A stretch of 63,285 nucleotides of DNA, filler included, from Octopus bimaculoides (lineage: Eukaryota): assembly GCF_001194135.2 (NCBI RefSeq). It is 7 parts of 7 records of this genome, joined end to end, with 100 filler letters (N's around TTAATTAATTAA, not from the genome) between each part and the next. Parts side by side here need not be neighbours in the genome. Positions count along the whole stretch, not along the records: positions 4,843 to 14,017 come from NC_068983.1; positions 14,118 to 30,101 come from NC_068984.1; 5 more parts are not named here. One strand, 5' to 3'. The position numbers and the translations under genes were made by a program. Within the stretch, counting starts at the first letter, position 1. Each line of letters begins with the position of its first letter. Of the stretch, positions 12,905 through 25,650 are shown in pieces. The notes below the pieces were generated by a model. The model was not told where the DNA came from and did not search any database. It saw nothing but the letters and a program-made list of their open reading frames with translations.

Positions 12905-13809
12905 TTTCGGTGAATAGATGGTATCAACTTTCCTCCAAACATGGCTACGCGAATTTCCTCCAAACAATTCAATTTTTGACTCGTCTGTCCAAAGAACATT
13001 TTCCCAGAATGTATCAGATTTATCTTTATGTTCATAAACAAATTTTAAACGAGCATCTCTATGCCTTTTAGTCAACAGCGGAGATTTTCTAGGAGACTGT
13101 GACTTCAGTTCATTCCTATGAAGTTCATTGTTGATTGTTCATAGTGTAACACTAGTCTCTGAAGCTAACAAATCGTCTTGCAACTCCTTTCTAGTGATCA
13201 TTACGTTTTTTCCGATTCTTCGCTTCATTTTTCTTAAAGTTCTAGGGGAAATCTTGCGTGGTGCACCGGATCTTACTCTATTTTTAACAGTTTCCAATTT
13301 TTTATACCTTTGAATAAATGAAGATATGGTGGAAAATGGAATACAAAGGGTTTCTGATATTTTCCTGTAACTTTTACCTGCTTTCCACTGTTCAACGATT
13401 AAGTTTTTTTCACTGAATTTATGAGTTCTTTACTTTTCGCTATTATTACAACACTACTTTATGTTGTCTCAGTGCTGAATGAAAAGCTAGCGTTTTGACA
13501 CTTAAAAATAACCACTGATAAGATTATTGGAACAAACGAGAAAGTTCTAAAAAGAAAAAAAAAATTAACAGTATTTTGTGACATAGAAACGCATAAATTT
13601 ATTCTGTACGAATACTTTTTTCGCCCCTAAATATTTATACTTGTATATAAATTCATTATTTACTATAATTTATTAGTTTCTTTTGCATATTCTTAGTTTA
13701 TGCATGTGTATGCAAATATAGTATTGGTATATCCCATTTCTGTTCATTGGAAATTAAATAAATAAAGAATTTTGACATGTACGAATATTTATTCCCCCCC
13801 CCCCCACTG
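12905..13809 (-). mobile_element. Tc1-family DNA transposon, 5' half (TIR + paired-like HTH + start of DDE domain), truncated
   Basis: Minus-strand terminus TA|CAGTGGGGG...AATAAATATTCGTAC at 13809. Translation (ATA)AKSKELINSVKKNLIVEQWKAGKSYRKISETLCIPFST...RSGAPRKISPR...SPRKSPLLTKRHRDARLKFV...FWENVLWTDESKIELFG. Confidence 0.9.
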
Positions 13810-13876
13810 TATTATATAGATATGTGTATGCATATGAGTATATATATGCATATGAATTTGTGTGCGTATATGTGTA

Positions 13877-13919
<43 letters not shown>

Positions 13920-14305
13920 ATTAGTACAAATGATATGTGAGCATATGCATATATACATGCATATATGTACATACCTACATCTACATGTATATATAGATGC
14001 ATATCTGGGTACAATACNNNNNNNNNNNNNNNNNNNNNNNNNNNNNNNNNNNNNNNNNNNNTTAATTAATTAANNNNNNNNNNNNNNNNNNNNNNNNNNN
14101 NNNNNNNNNNNNNNNNNAGGGGTAAAGAGAGATACGTAGTAGTAAACAGAGGAAGAACGAGAGGGGGGAAAATGATAGAGGAAGAGAAAGAGAAAGAGAA
14201 AGAGAAAGAGAAAGAGATAGAGTAGCGTCGGAAAATATAAAGTTGCGATAACTACTTACAAAAGTATATATACATATATATGTATGTACATATATATATA
14301 TGTAC

Positions 14306-14356
<51 letters not shown>

Positions 14357-14643
14357 TATGTTTGTTCCGCTAGAAGGCCAGTGTTGGTTTGATTAAGTCC
14401 CCATAACTAAGCTGTTAGAGGAAATAGACCGAGGGAATAATTACCACTCTTGGGAAAACATGCTCCAGTACTGGAGTCAATGGTTTTCGACTAAATCCCT
14501 TTAAGCCGGTGCCGCAGCATGGCCGCAATCCAATGACTGACACAAATAAAATATAAAAAATAGCAGCAACATCTCACAGAAATTCTGGTACTCCTCATTA
14601 TGAAGAGATTACGAATAACTCTCTATATAACATAAACATCTAT

Positions 14644-14878
14644 CTTATTTCTTTATTGCCCAAAAGGGGCTAAGCATAGAGTGGACAAACAAGGACAGGC
14701 AAAGGGATTAAGTCGATTACATCAACACCAGTGCGTAACTGGTACTTAATTTATCGACCCCGAAAGGATGAAAGGCAAAGTCGACCTCGGCGGAATTTGA
14801 ACTCAGAACGTAACGGCAGACGAAATACCGCTAAGCATTTCACCCGGCGTGCTAACGTTTCTGCCACCTCGCCGCCTT
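14644..14878 (-). mobile_element. tRNA-derived SINE, near full length
   Basis: Minus strand reads tggcagaaacgttagcacg (A box) ... gagttcaaattcc (B box) ... ctttcatcctttcggggtcgataaattaagtaccag ... gggcaataaagaaataa. Confidence 0.9.
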
Positions 14879-15601
14879 TTCTATCTTTCAGTGTAAAATA
14901 ATTTACAGTTGTGTTTTGAATATATAGACTGAAAAAGGATATGTATTTGTCAGTTAGAGAATATTTGTCAGTTAAACATACGTGCTAGGACTTAAATATA
15001 TAATCTTTCATCTTATATAGTGTACAGGATCGCAGATTAGCCTAATCTAGAGAGACAGCTTCGCATTTTCTCTCTTCAACACGACTTCTGAAATAGTGCG
15101 GGTGAGTGTTGGCTGTTATCGTATGTTAATGTTTCGCCAACCTTATTTTGACTTAAATATATCTCGACCTTTCCCGTGGTCCTTTGACCCGATCCTCATT
15201 TACTATGTATGTCTTCAAGGCTTCATAGTACATACCTTTAAAATTCTTAAAGGTTTTAGATGAGGTAAAAGTAGTTATATGTCTGCATCCATGCATGTAT
15301 GTGTGTATGTATGCATGTAATGAATGTATGTCTGTATGAGATGGTTGTGTCTGTGTATGCATGCATGTATGCATGTATGTATGCATGCATGTATGTATGT
15401 GTGTATGCATGCATGTAATGAATGTATGCGTCTATATGAAGTGGTTGCGTCTGTGTATGCATGTATGTATGTGTGAATGTATGCATGTACACACACATGT
15501 ATATACACACATGTATAAGCAAGCATCTAAAAGTCTTATGGATTTCTGATGGTTTAGAAATAACTATATGCATATGCATATATGCATGTATACAGACTTG
15601 A

Positions 15602-15645
<44 letters not shown>

Positions 15646-18075
15646 ATACATACATATGTATACGTGTACTTGTGTATGTATGGATACATATGTAGATACG
15701 TGTTGTTGTTCGTCCGTTTGTGTATGCGCATACTCATCAGAATTCCTTAGATAAGGACAAATAAAGACATGGAGAAATAAAGTAACCGAGGCATTCAAAA
15801 TGCAACAGTCATTTCAGTGTTGTTTCTCTTATCAACGGTGGAATCTCTCAGAACAACGCGGTATTTAAACGACAGTACATTCCCGTATTTATGGATGTCA
15901 GTTCGTGGTGAGATACTGACATTTATCAAGGTAATGAATGACTTTGCTTCACAATACCTTTTACACCGATTTAATGCCTTTTAGTATGGACGTTATCAGT
16001 TCTGCATCCAGCCGCAAGTGTAAACAATTCGAGTGGAATTCCATTTTAGTGATCATTCGACGAACGTGTAATGAATAAACTTTGCTAAGCCAGCGATGTT
16101 GAAGCATCAAGATATTAATCTCTGTTATTTTGACAGAAACATCACAACAAATTATACATCTCTTTACAAAGCCTTATCCACCTTGCCCTAAGTCACCCAA
16201 TCCTTAGTAGCATGACATTTTCACTATTTTAGTCATGTTTTAATTACTATTAACAACAAGTAAGCTTATGCATTGTATCTCTGTGTTGTCTTTCATAAAT
16301 AAGTCGAACTCATTTAAATAAATAATTGTTATTTGTCGGTTCTTCTGACATGTTTCTTCTCTTTTCTCCTCTCATAGTTGCTACATTCCGTTTCGTTCAT
16401 TTTAAGCTATTTTCTAAAATTAATATCACCGAAATTTTACGTTGCAAAAGACACAAAACTCAGATCTTTTCTGATGTGGTAAAATGCTAATTTACTTCTG
16501 TAAGACGATGAATAAATCAACAACACTCAATCTGTTACTTTCTGTCTCTCCTGTATATATATTTCGAATAAGGTGAACGATGACAAAACAGGGTTTAAGC
16601 AGTGACCAAACATAAATCGGTTATACTGGCAATAAATGAACGTTTAAGTTCTGTTCGAGGAGTATGTGTGATAACGTTTTTCGAGACATGAATCATATAC
16701 TTTAAGCAAGTTAATCAGGTATTGTAAACATACTTATATGGATCCAGCTTTTGCAGGCCTTTCATTTGGCTTGCATTCCCATTCTTTCTTTCCATATTCC
16801 TACCTTTCAGTGCATTCATTCCAATCATCAATCATTCTGATTTTTCATCTATTCATTTATTTTGACAATGTTTATTATGTTCCTCTTTCTCTGATACAAT
16901 CAGGAACAAAACGCCTGCACAAAACCAAACTGAATCATATGAAAGCACACACTAATACTCCTATCATACTTTTAAACAGGCAGAAATACCTCACTCCACA
17001 ACCACACATAAACACATACACTTCAGCTAACACACTCCAAATTATTTACAAATCCTCGTTCGTGAACAAAGAAAACCAAACTTCCTTGTGAACAAAATGA
17101 AAAACACAGACACATTATTGAAGTATAGGAATAAGTCTGTTCCCATTTTACTATTATATCCATCCAATGTTATATCTTTCTATATAGCACGTACACTGAA
17201 ACTGAGATGCAGCTTTAGTTAAAGAATACTTTTTCTCTCTAAATTTGTCAATAGTAAATATTTCTGTTTAAACGTGAAGTAAACATCGGAGATGCTTTAC
17301 ACGCAGAACTGCAAAAACATCCAAGAGGTTTTGAAAGCTCTTCTTTTGAATATATCGCAGCGATGGATACCTTTTCGTATTCTTAGCAGGTGTTTCAGTA
17401 TCAAAAACGTTTCACCCATTACCCTGTACGTTTCGCCTGAGTGCGACAGCGGAGATTGAATTAGTCTTCGTCTGTAGAAGGTTTTCGCATGCGGTCTTTC
17501 GCTAATCGCGCTTATCTCGAACTGGCTTTCACTACCGTGCCTGACTTCTTTATGGCTTTCTTCAATTCTTTCGGTTTCAGACGAATTTTTTGCAGAAATT
17601 AGCGCACCATGAGAACCGGAAAGAAACGGCAGCTGACTTCAATGACGTATATAACATTAGTATCTATTATTATTGAATTCTTCTCGTCACTTACTCGGAG
17701 CTTGAATAGGGGATCTAGTTCAATAGTATAGATCTCTGGGTTTAAAATACTCTTCGACTGTTATCATAGTTTTAATTTTAATGCTTACTGTAAAGCGTAA
17801 TCGAGCAAAGTTTCCTGATACTTGAGTATAAGCTGCTTTGCTTTGTTTTTTGTACTGTTCAATTATATTGAAAACTTACTGTTTTGATGTATATATGGAA
17901 ATAGAAAGTACTATTTCCCGTAAGAGTAATGTAAAATTGCTCATGTTTTAATTTCGTATTTTACTAGTTTCCAAAAGAACTCTTATTATAAAAGGAATGT
18001 TTCTGTTTTTAACACTACATTCCAGTTGTCTATATTTCCTGTGCTTATATTTAGAGAATTTCCTCCATTCCGATA

Positions 18076-18309
18076 CAGTAATCTCTCGGATATCGCGGGT
18101 GTTTCGTTCCAAAACCCCATGTGATAGGTGAAAATCTGTGAAGTAGAAACAGAACTGTATTTATATATTTTAAATTATTTTTATAATTTGTATATATTTA
18201 TTTTATTATAAATGCAAAACAACACCACGGGGGATCGACGTAAGCTTAAATAACAAAACGCGATAGGTGAATCGCGGTAGATGAACCGCGATGTGGAGAG
18301 GGATTACTG
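18076..18309. mobile_element. Tigger/pogo-like MITE (234 bp) with TA duplication
   Basis: TA|CAGTAATCTCTCGGATATCGCGG ... CCGCGATGTGGAGAGGGATTACTG|TA: imperfect TIRs of about 24 bp. Confidence 0.8.
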
Positions 18310-18454
18310 TATCTCGTGTTTGAAAATATATATTCCTAATAGACTCTGGCAACAATATTCGAATGATTTAACTTTATCTAGTGTCTGTGTACCTGAAGCC
18401 ACTTCTTCACTTTCAGCTCTATGCTTGTACTATTACATCGTTGTCGACATTTCG

Positions 18455-18670
18455 ATCATATTTTCAAGTTTTGGCACAAAGCCAGCAATTTTAGGCGCGA
18501 GTGTAAGTCGAGTACATCGATCCCAGTGCTTAACTGGTACTTATTTTATCGACTCGGGAAAGATGAAAGGCAAATTCAACCGCGACCGTATCTGAATTCA
18601 GAACGTACAGAGCCAGAATGAATACCACTAAATATTTTGTTCGACGCACTAACGATTTCGCTAACTTACT
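18455..18670 (-). mobile_element. tRNA-derived SINE, diverged
   Basis: Contains aactggtacttattttatcgactcgggaaagatgaaaggc, the reverse complement of the family core. Confidence 0.8.
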
Positions 18671-20366
18671 ATAATGCTGACTAAGTTCAAGTTCCAAGCT
18701 AGCATGCCTATGCAAACAGACAGACAGACGAACACGCACATAATGTCTTTGGGTTAATTCTGCTTAACTTCTAAGAACGTGATTTATTTCGTTGCTTCTT
18801 TTCGGCCTCCATACATTCAGCTTTTAATATTATATATTTTGTCTCATTATTTAGTTTTGGTAGTTTTCCGTGTTAAATATTTGATCATGACACGTAATCA
18901 AAAATACTTCGGTCTCAGCTTTCATCCTTACATTTCTTAATCAGTACTGAATTTCATCTTTTTCCTTCCCGCTTTGCTCAGTTTCGTCCAATACTAGACA
19001 CGTAGCAGTTTTGTTCTGTCTTGCAAGCGTCTCACCACGATATTTTTACTTTTTATATTTTTCCTTCATTTATTCATGGGTTGTTCTTTCTTCCCCCTCC
19101 ATATGCTTGTCTTTCTTTACCTTCCATTTTATATAAATTGACCTTTTGTTTTATTCTTCTTATTTATCGTTAAATTTACCCTTGAGGGAATTTTCGTCGG
19201 TTCATAGGAAAATCCTCCATCGATTTGAATTTTTAACTATTTCCACGTTTAGATTGTTGTCTTATTTATAAATTTTATCTTTAGAATTTTCTAATCTCAC
19301 ATCTTTCTCATATTTGTATTTGTCATATTTATATTCATTTTTTCGTTTGTATAATTCTCATTCAGCTTTTGTTAGACTGTATTCTCTAGATATGTTTAGG
19401 TTAGATTTTGTAGTATTTTGTTCTGTAAAGCTTCGAGATTTACATATTGAATGTTTATAGCTTTAATATTTTTATTCTCGTTGTATGTATTTCCATTGTT
19501 TTCTCTTGAAATACTTTGTCTTTTTGTTGTGTATTAGTTATTTTAAGTCTTCTATTTCTATATTCGAAATAAATTTGGTTTTCAAAACGTATCGTCTTAA
19601 ATAAGCTACTCTCTTAGGATTCAGATCTATTTTCTCTCTAGACATTAAACGTGTATGCTATGATAGTCTTATATAGTGGGAGAATAAAGTAGCTGCAGAC
19701 GTTGTACGTACTATATAAATAAATTCGATACGTGTATATTCATACGATGATTTTGGTTTTATTTGTTGGGCTGAAAATCCGGGTTTAAGAACAACAGATT
19801 TGATGTATTGTATTTTTGTTGAGCATCTTATTTCAAGAGTAACCATGAGGAGAAATGTGAGCTTATTCTGTTTCCCGGACCGTAAAGGGACAAAATCCGT
19901 TTAAAGTATATATTTGAAGGAGATTCTTTTGAAAATATTGCAAGATTTGCCAGTACCGCCATGTAATACGACAAGGTATAGCGGAAGAAAAAGCAAGGAA
20001 ACCGCGGAGAAAGAGTGAAGGGAAACCTCTATTGTTATTTAACGTGAAAGTCCCTACTGTAGTTCGACAGTTGCGATGAAATGACTGCAACAGTAACTGT
20101 GGAGACATCTGCTGAGTCAGCAACGGTGCCACTACCACAAACCGGCAATCAGCAAAATTGATATTTTTGTCACCATCGCCGCCTTCAAAATAAAGAAGGG
20201 AGTGTCATTCGCGAAAATCACATAGTCGGGTTGAAGAATTCGCTTGGAAAATACTGAAGAGATTGTAAGTAAAAGCACAAAGGCTACGTAGCAGGAGTTT
20301 GTTATTGGAGTTTTAGCCAAGTCAGAAATGGTAGAAAAAAACAAAACAAAAAAACAATATCCTTTT

Positions 20367-20995
20367 CTCTTCTAGGCACAAGGCCTGAAAGCTTTTTAGA
20401 GAGGGGGGCCAGTCGATTAAAACGACCCTATTACGTAACTGGTACTTAATTTATCGACCCCGAAAGGATGAAAGGCAAAGTCGACCTCGCCGGAGTTTGA
20501 ACTCAGAACGTAAAGACACGAAATACCGCTATGCCTTTCACTCGGCGTGCTACCGTTTCTTATTTCTTTATTGCCCACAAGGGGATACACCCAGAGGGGA
20601 CAAACAGGGACAGACAAACGGATTAAGTCGATTATATGGACCCTAGTGCGTAACTGGTACTTATTTAATCGACCCCGAAAGGATGAANNNNNNNNNNTTT
20701 GAACTCAGAACGTAAAGACACGAAATACCGCTATGCCTTTCACTCGGCGTGCTACCGTTTCTTATTTCTTTATTGCCCACAAGGGGATACACCCAAAGGG
20801 GACAAACAGGGACAGACAAACGGATTAAGTCGATTATATGGACCCTAGTGCGTAACTGGTACTTATTTAATCGACCCCGAAAGGATGAAAGGCAAAGTCG
20901 ACCTCGGTGGAATTTGAACTCAGAACGTAGCGGTAGACGAAATACCGGTAAGCATTTCGCCCAGCGGGCTACCGTTTCTGCTATCTCGTCGCCTT
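20367..20995 (-). mobile_element. Tandem/nested SINE dimer; the 20498-20687 / 20698-20887 duplication across the 10-N gap is probably an assembly overlap
   Basis: Two subfamily 3' tails (tgcctagaagag vs gggcaataaagaaataa) in series, with a near-identical duplication flanking the N gap. Confidence 0.85.
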
Positions 20996-21199
20996 AGAAA
21001 AAACAATATCCACAAAGAACTGTTCACTAAAGATGATCGAAAGGTGAGAATAATATAAGTTTGAAAACCTTATTTCATTGCACACCATAAGGAATCGCCT
21101 GTGGTTTCGGTTAGCGATTTTCTTTTTACCGACACTATTTGCTGCTTCATTCCTTGTTGATGATACTGATGAGACGGAATTAGTTACGTTCTATTACTT

Positions 21200-21620
21200 T
21201 TACAGGGAACTATCACAGCGTTTATAACTTCATTCACGTAATTCGAGAGCTTCACCATTAATGTAAGGTTTTCCAGATTTGCCGATTAATCTTGGAATTT
21301 TGTAAGATGCATCCAATCATTTCTGAAAGTGGCTACGTTCTTTTACAATAAACTCCTTAATTATAGATCGATTTTTAATTTATTTTTTGCAGCCCTGAAA
21401 AAAACAAAATCATAGCCTACGTAATATTTTGCTTTGTGCTGGAGGTTTTGTTTCTTTAGTATAATCAATCAATCATGCTTGGAGGTTTTATTCCTTGGTT
21501 TCAGAAAATGTTTTCACATAATCAGCATGTTGGTAACTGCACCTTATTAATTGATGAAAACTCCATCTTTCAAATATTTACATGAACAATGGCAACAATT
21601 TCCTTTTTCACTGTTTATCA
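21200..21620 (-). mobile_element. hAT (Buster-type) transposase N-terminal relic: BED finger and ASY..A..I.K..KP motif
   Basis: Manual minus-strand translation with stops and frameshifts: KYLKDGVF; QLPTC*LCENIF*NQGIKPPSM; DASYKIPRLIGKSGKPYINGEAL. Confidence 0.65.
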
Positions 21621-21924
21621 TGCTGCTAACCACAATATCAATATTTACATGAAACGTTTTTATCTTAATAAAAGACCGCCGTAAAAACTCTTAACCTCAA
21701 CTGACTGTTCTATAGAATAAATTGCAGAAGGATTTTTTTTAATACTGATATAAATATAAACAACTGATTACACGTTATAATTAGATTTATTAAAATTCAT
21801 TTAAATACTTGGAACTTGACAAAAAAATAAGCAAAACAAGATGACGACCAGTAGCGAAGTTGGGGACCAACACGTCCATTGTTCGACTTCGCTCTTTAAA
21901 ACACTTATCAATATTTACTGGCAC

Positions 21925-22140
21925 CAAGGCTACGAGCTGGCAGAATTGTTAGCACTGCGAGCAAAATGCTTATCGACATTTTGTCCGTCTTCACGTCCTG
22001 AGTTCAAATTCCACCGAGGTCAGCCTTGCCTTTCAACCTTTCGGGGTCGGTAAAATAAGAACCAGTTGAGCACTGGGGTTGATATAATCGATTTTACGGC
22101 GCGCACGAAATTCTTGGCCTTGTGCCAACATTTTAAATCA
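21925..22140 (+). mobile_element. tRNA-derived SINE
   Basis: gagctggcagaattgttagcac ... gagttcaaattcc ... ctttcaacctttcggggtcggtaaaataag ... ggccttgtgcc. Confidence 0.85.
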
Positions 22141-22296
22141 GTGTTTACTGATAAGTTTTGCGATACCACGGCTGTGTGGTAAAGAAGCACGCTTAACAAC
22201 TATGTGGTTTCGGGTTCAGTACTACTTCGCCGCACCTTGAAGAAGAGTCTTCTAGAAACTTTGTGAATGAATTTGATAGACACTAAGACGCTCGTC

Positions 22297-22335
<39 letters not shown>

Positions 22336-22513
22336 CATATATATATAATTCTTACAGATATAGGGTAAAAATTAATAATTAATAATTAGTAATTTCACCA
22401 AGTAGTTCGGTGTATTAAAAAATCATTGTCGGTTTAACTTATATAAAAGTTTTATAATTATAAACATAATTAAAATTAGAGTTCAGCAAGAATTGCTTCA
22501 CCACACACCGAAA

Positions 22514-22826
22514 TTAGAAATAGCAGTCAAAACTACTATTTCACTACCAAAATATATCTCCCAGACAGTGGCACTCGCAACTCACACAGGCAAAACAGAA
22601 AAAATAACGAATCCACCCGGCTTTGATGAACTTTATACACGTTTTAGGATTAAAGAGGTGTAAATTATATTACCCGATCATATTTCCTTCTTCAGTACAG
22701 TATTTCAAAATTATAAATCCGAAAATGCTAATAAAAGAATAATTAATTCGACCAAGCGTCATCAAACGATTATCCACAAGCAGCATATTTTGGTAGTGAA
22801 ATAGTAGTTTTGACTGCTATTTCTAA
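22514..22826. repeat. Perfect 42-bp inverted repeat with a 229-bp spacer
   Basis: 22514-22555 TTAGAAATAGCAGTCAAAACTACTATTTCACTACCAAAATAT is the exact reverse complement of 22785-22826. Confidence 0.92.
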
Positions 22827-22829
22827 AGA

Positions 22830-23757
22830 TTAATCGGCAATAATTCACTCCCTGATAGTAAACTGCAGTTTCTGCATAATTGAGAGTGACATTTTTCTGT
22901 TCCAGAATCCGTTTGATTGTAACCTTGATGAACTGCCAGTCAAAATACAGTTGGTGCGCATTGAAAGAGAAGCACGAAAAGGAAAACAATGGCTCAGTGG
23001 TTAGAGCAGCGAACTCGCGGTTGTAGGATCGCGGTTTCGATTCCCGGACCGGGCGTTGTGAGTGTTTAGTGAGCGAAAACACCTAAAGCTCCACGAAGCT
23101 CCGGCAAGGGGTGGCGGTGAACCCTGCTGTATTCTTTCACCACAACTTTCTCTCACTCTTTCTTCCTGTTTCTGTTGTACCTGTAATTCAAAGGGCCAAC
23201 CTTGTCACACTCTGTGTCACGCTGAATCTCCCCGAGAACTACGTTAGGGGTACACGTGTCTGTGGAGTGCTCAGCCACTTGCACGTTAATTTCACGAGCA
23301 GGCTGTTCCGTTGATCGGATCAACTGGAACCCTCGACGTCGGAAGCGACGGAGTGCTACAAATGTCTATGACAAAACATTTTCAAAAGTGAAGTATGTGA
23401 AGTCAGCACATCGATCGAGGTTGACTGATAAGCATTTGAAAGCAATTCTCTTGGTTGGATGCAGCAATTCCAAAACAAATATTGATGATATCTTAACAGC
23501 TAAACACTAGTTTCACAAATCTCACCTTTTTTTCCCTGCTCAGTTTATGGGATCCAGATATGTGCGTGCTGGGTCTGATATAACTATCTCATTGCTAACG
23601 TCGCCTTCTTTGATAACTTTTTGGTAAATAAATATGTTTGTTGTCTTTATTTTTGTGTGTATTCATTGTATTTGTATTGAACAAAATAGTTATGCAGCTT
23701 GCGCTCGTCATGCTCTCAGTCATCTGGCCCGCCGTGAAAACAGTTTGGTGACCCTTG
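22830..23757 (+). mobile_element. hAT (SPIN/Charlie/GTF2IRD2-like) transposase C-terminus plus 3' TIR, interrupted by a SINE
   Basis: IESDIFLFQNPFDCNLDELPVKIQLVRIE before the SINE and KTFSKVKYVKSAHRSRLTDKHLKAILL...KH*FHKSH after it. Ends GGCCCGCCGTGAAAACAGTTTGGTGACCCTTG, followed by gacTAatc (nnnTAnnn Buster-type target). Confidence 0.85.
22985..23362 (+). mobile_element. tRNA-derived SINE of a second family (Nin-like CACTTGCACGTTAA central motif) nested in the hAT relic
   Basis: A box tggctcagtggttagagc, B box ggtttcgattccc, and a distinct body ending gacgtcggaagcgacggagtgctacaa. Confidence 0.85.
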
Positions 23758-24375
23758 GACTAATCAATTCATGTTCATACCCAAGCATGGCCGCTGTCCA
23801 ATGACACTAACAAGTAAAACACAAAACGTAAAATTAATGTAGTTAACCGTGACATTAATTTTATCGGGAAATGATAACCAGTCTCTGATCAATAGATTTT
23901 GATCTTTGATAATATCTAATTCATTTTAATTAATTTTAATTACTTCTTCCTCTGAATCTTGATAAATAAGGAAGCTCGTTATGTCCATCGTTGATAATAG
24001 TGTATCGCTTCACTTTGTCAAAATGCATTATGGCGGACGTGGGAGGATTTGGTTTGTCACTGTGTTGTAGTCATTTTTGTCTGCCATCTTTTGTCTTTTA
24101 CTTGTTTCACTCATTAAAGTACGGCCATGCACAGCCAACGCCAAGAAGGGTTTAGTTGAACAAGTCGACGCCAGGACTTATGTTTTGTTTATAAGTCTGG
24201 AATTTATTCCATCAGTTTCTTTTGCAGAACTGCTAAGTTATGGAGACGTGAACAAATGAAGACGTTGAAGTAGAGCATGTGATCTACCTATATGCCAAAA
24301 ATCATTAAAATCGGTTGGACGGTGTGTTGGGAGTTAGAGTAACCCCAAATACACAGACAGACCCCATTACACATT

Positions 24376-24413
<38 letters not shown>

Positions 24414-24619
24414 TACACACACACACACACNNNNNNNNNNTTACTTAAGGTACCGTGCGGTGGGAACCAACTCGAAACCACGTGTTCACAAAGCGAGCTT
24501 TTTAACCTAACATATTTAAATTTATAGAAAAAAAAGCAACGAATTATGCCAATGACAAAGAAATGAGCAGCAGCACCGACTAATGGTAAAAGAAAGAATG
24601 AAAGAAAAAATTGGAGATT

Positions 24620-24860
24620 CAGGTTTGCTAGCCATTCAGGTTTGCTGGCCACTGCTGGAACTAGTGAGTAATGTGTTGCTGTGAACACCAAATCATGGTA
24701 CCACAGCGGCTGGAAGACCACGGAAGACATATATACAAATGCTTGCAGAAGATGTTGAATACCAAGTTGAAGACCCAAAATCACTAATGGAAGATCGGGA
24801 AGGATGGAGAGGTACTCAGGCGGGCCCGAGCAATCAGCCTGAGTGGATGATGCCTGGAAA
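24620..24860 (+). mobile_element. RTE-clade LINE 3' end, 5'-truncated
   Basis: FRFAGHCW / NVLL*TPNHGTTAAGRPRKTYIQMLAEDVEYQVEDPKSLMEDREGWR is a typical RTE ORF C-terminus. Confidence 0.8.
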
Positions 24861-24894
24861 TTAAAAAAATATATATATACGTAAGTGCGACAAA

Positions 24895-25650
24895 AATGTA
24901 CGGAGTATTATCTACCACGGCTTTGCAATATATTGCTATCAAAACCACGAGATCATGTTTCCATAGTAGACAAATAATAACAACCATAAAAAAGGTGATC
25001 AGACCGATAGAAGAACCCTCACAGAGGAACATATGCAAGAATCACTTCGACATTGATGCTATCAGTCCCTTTATTTTATATCATTTGTAGACATATTAAC
25101 GTTCAGTTGAATTAAAGAGCTGCTTTCAGAACTTTCGTACACCTTATTCACTCGACATTTCTTTCCTCTTGATAACTGTGTTTAACACTAAAACCAAAAG
25201 CTGGAACTGTTTTAGTAACAATAATTACTACAGCCTTCAAGCTATAGGAAACTGGACTGAAAAGACAATGGCTCCAGAACGAAAGATCGCTTGATACAAT
25301 ATTTGAAATTCTGACAAATTTACGAACTTACATCACTTAACATTAGTTAAGTTGACAATACAAAACACCGCGGATGTTTTCACACTGTGCGTCAGTTCTT
25401 CTGTGTTCTCAATCGTTTTGGTCTCCTCTCTTTTCCTGTTTGTCTTGACAGCCTGAAAGGTTTAATACCGTTGGACAGCAGCTCTTTCCCACCTTCTCTC
25501 CTCTTCTGTTTATAAGTACTTCTAATTATACATATCAATGAACTGGCTACAATCTCGGTCCGTTACTGTTACGATGATGCTCTCCTGAAGATGTCCTCGT
25601 TATGAATTTTAAAACAAATTGTTTTGTTATCTTCTTTTCGGCCACACTTC
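24895..25650 (+). mobile_element. Possible highly decayed PLE 3' end (GIY-YIG remnant and UTR)
   Basis: LLSKPRDHVSIVDK, GDQTDRRTLTEEH and NHFDIDAI lie in shifting frames; a CTGAAGA half-motif near 25586 has no matching GAAA. Confidence 0.35.

Noticed and set aside
12850-12915. Minus-strand GAAAC...CTGATGA motifs at the Tc1 truncation point, as a possible hammerhead
   Set aside because: The order and pairing do not give stem II followed by GAAA and an NUH triplet; the GAAAC overlaps the Tc1 codons for PK.
17280-17660. Tc1-like peptide on the minus strand (RLKPKELKKAIKKSGTVVKASS...RKP)
   Set aside because: The similarity is too weak and no TIR or DDE motif is visible, so it cannot be supported.
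22990-23050. tRNA genes (A/B boxes here and at 34025, 41060, 55380 and others)
   Set aside because: No complete cloverleaf; each continues into a SINE body, so these are SINE heads.
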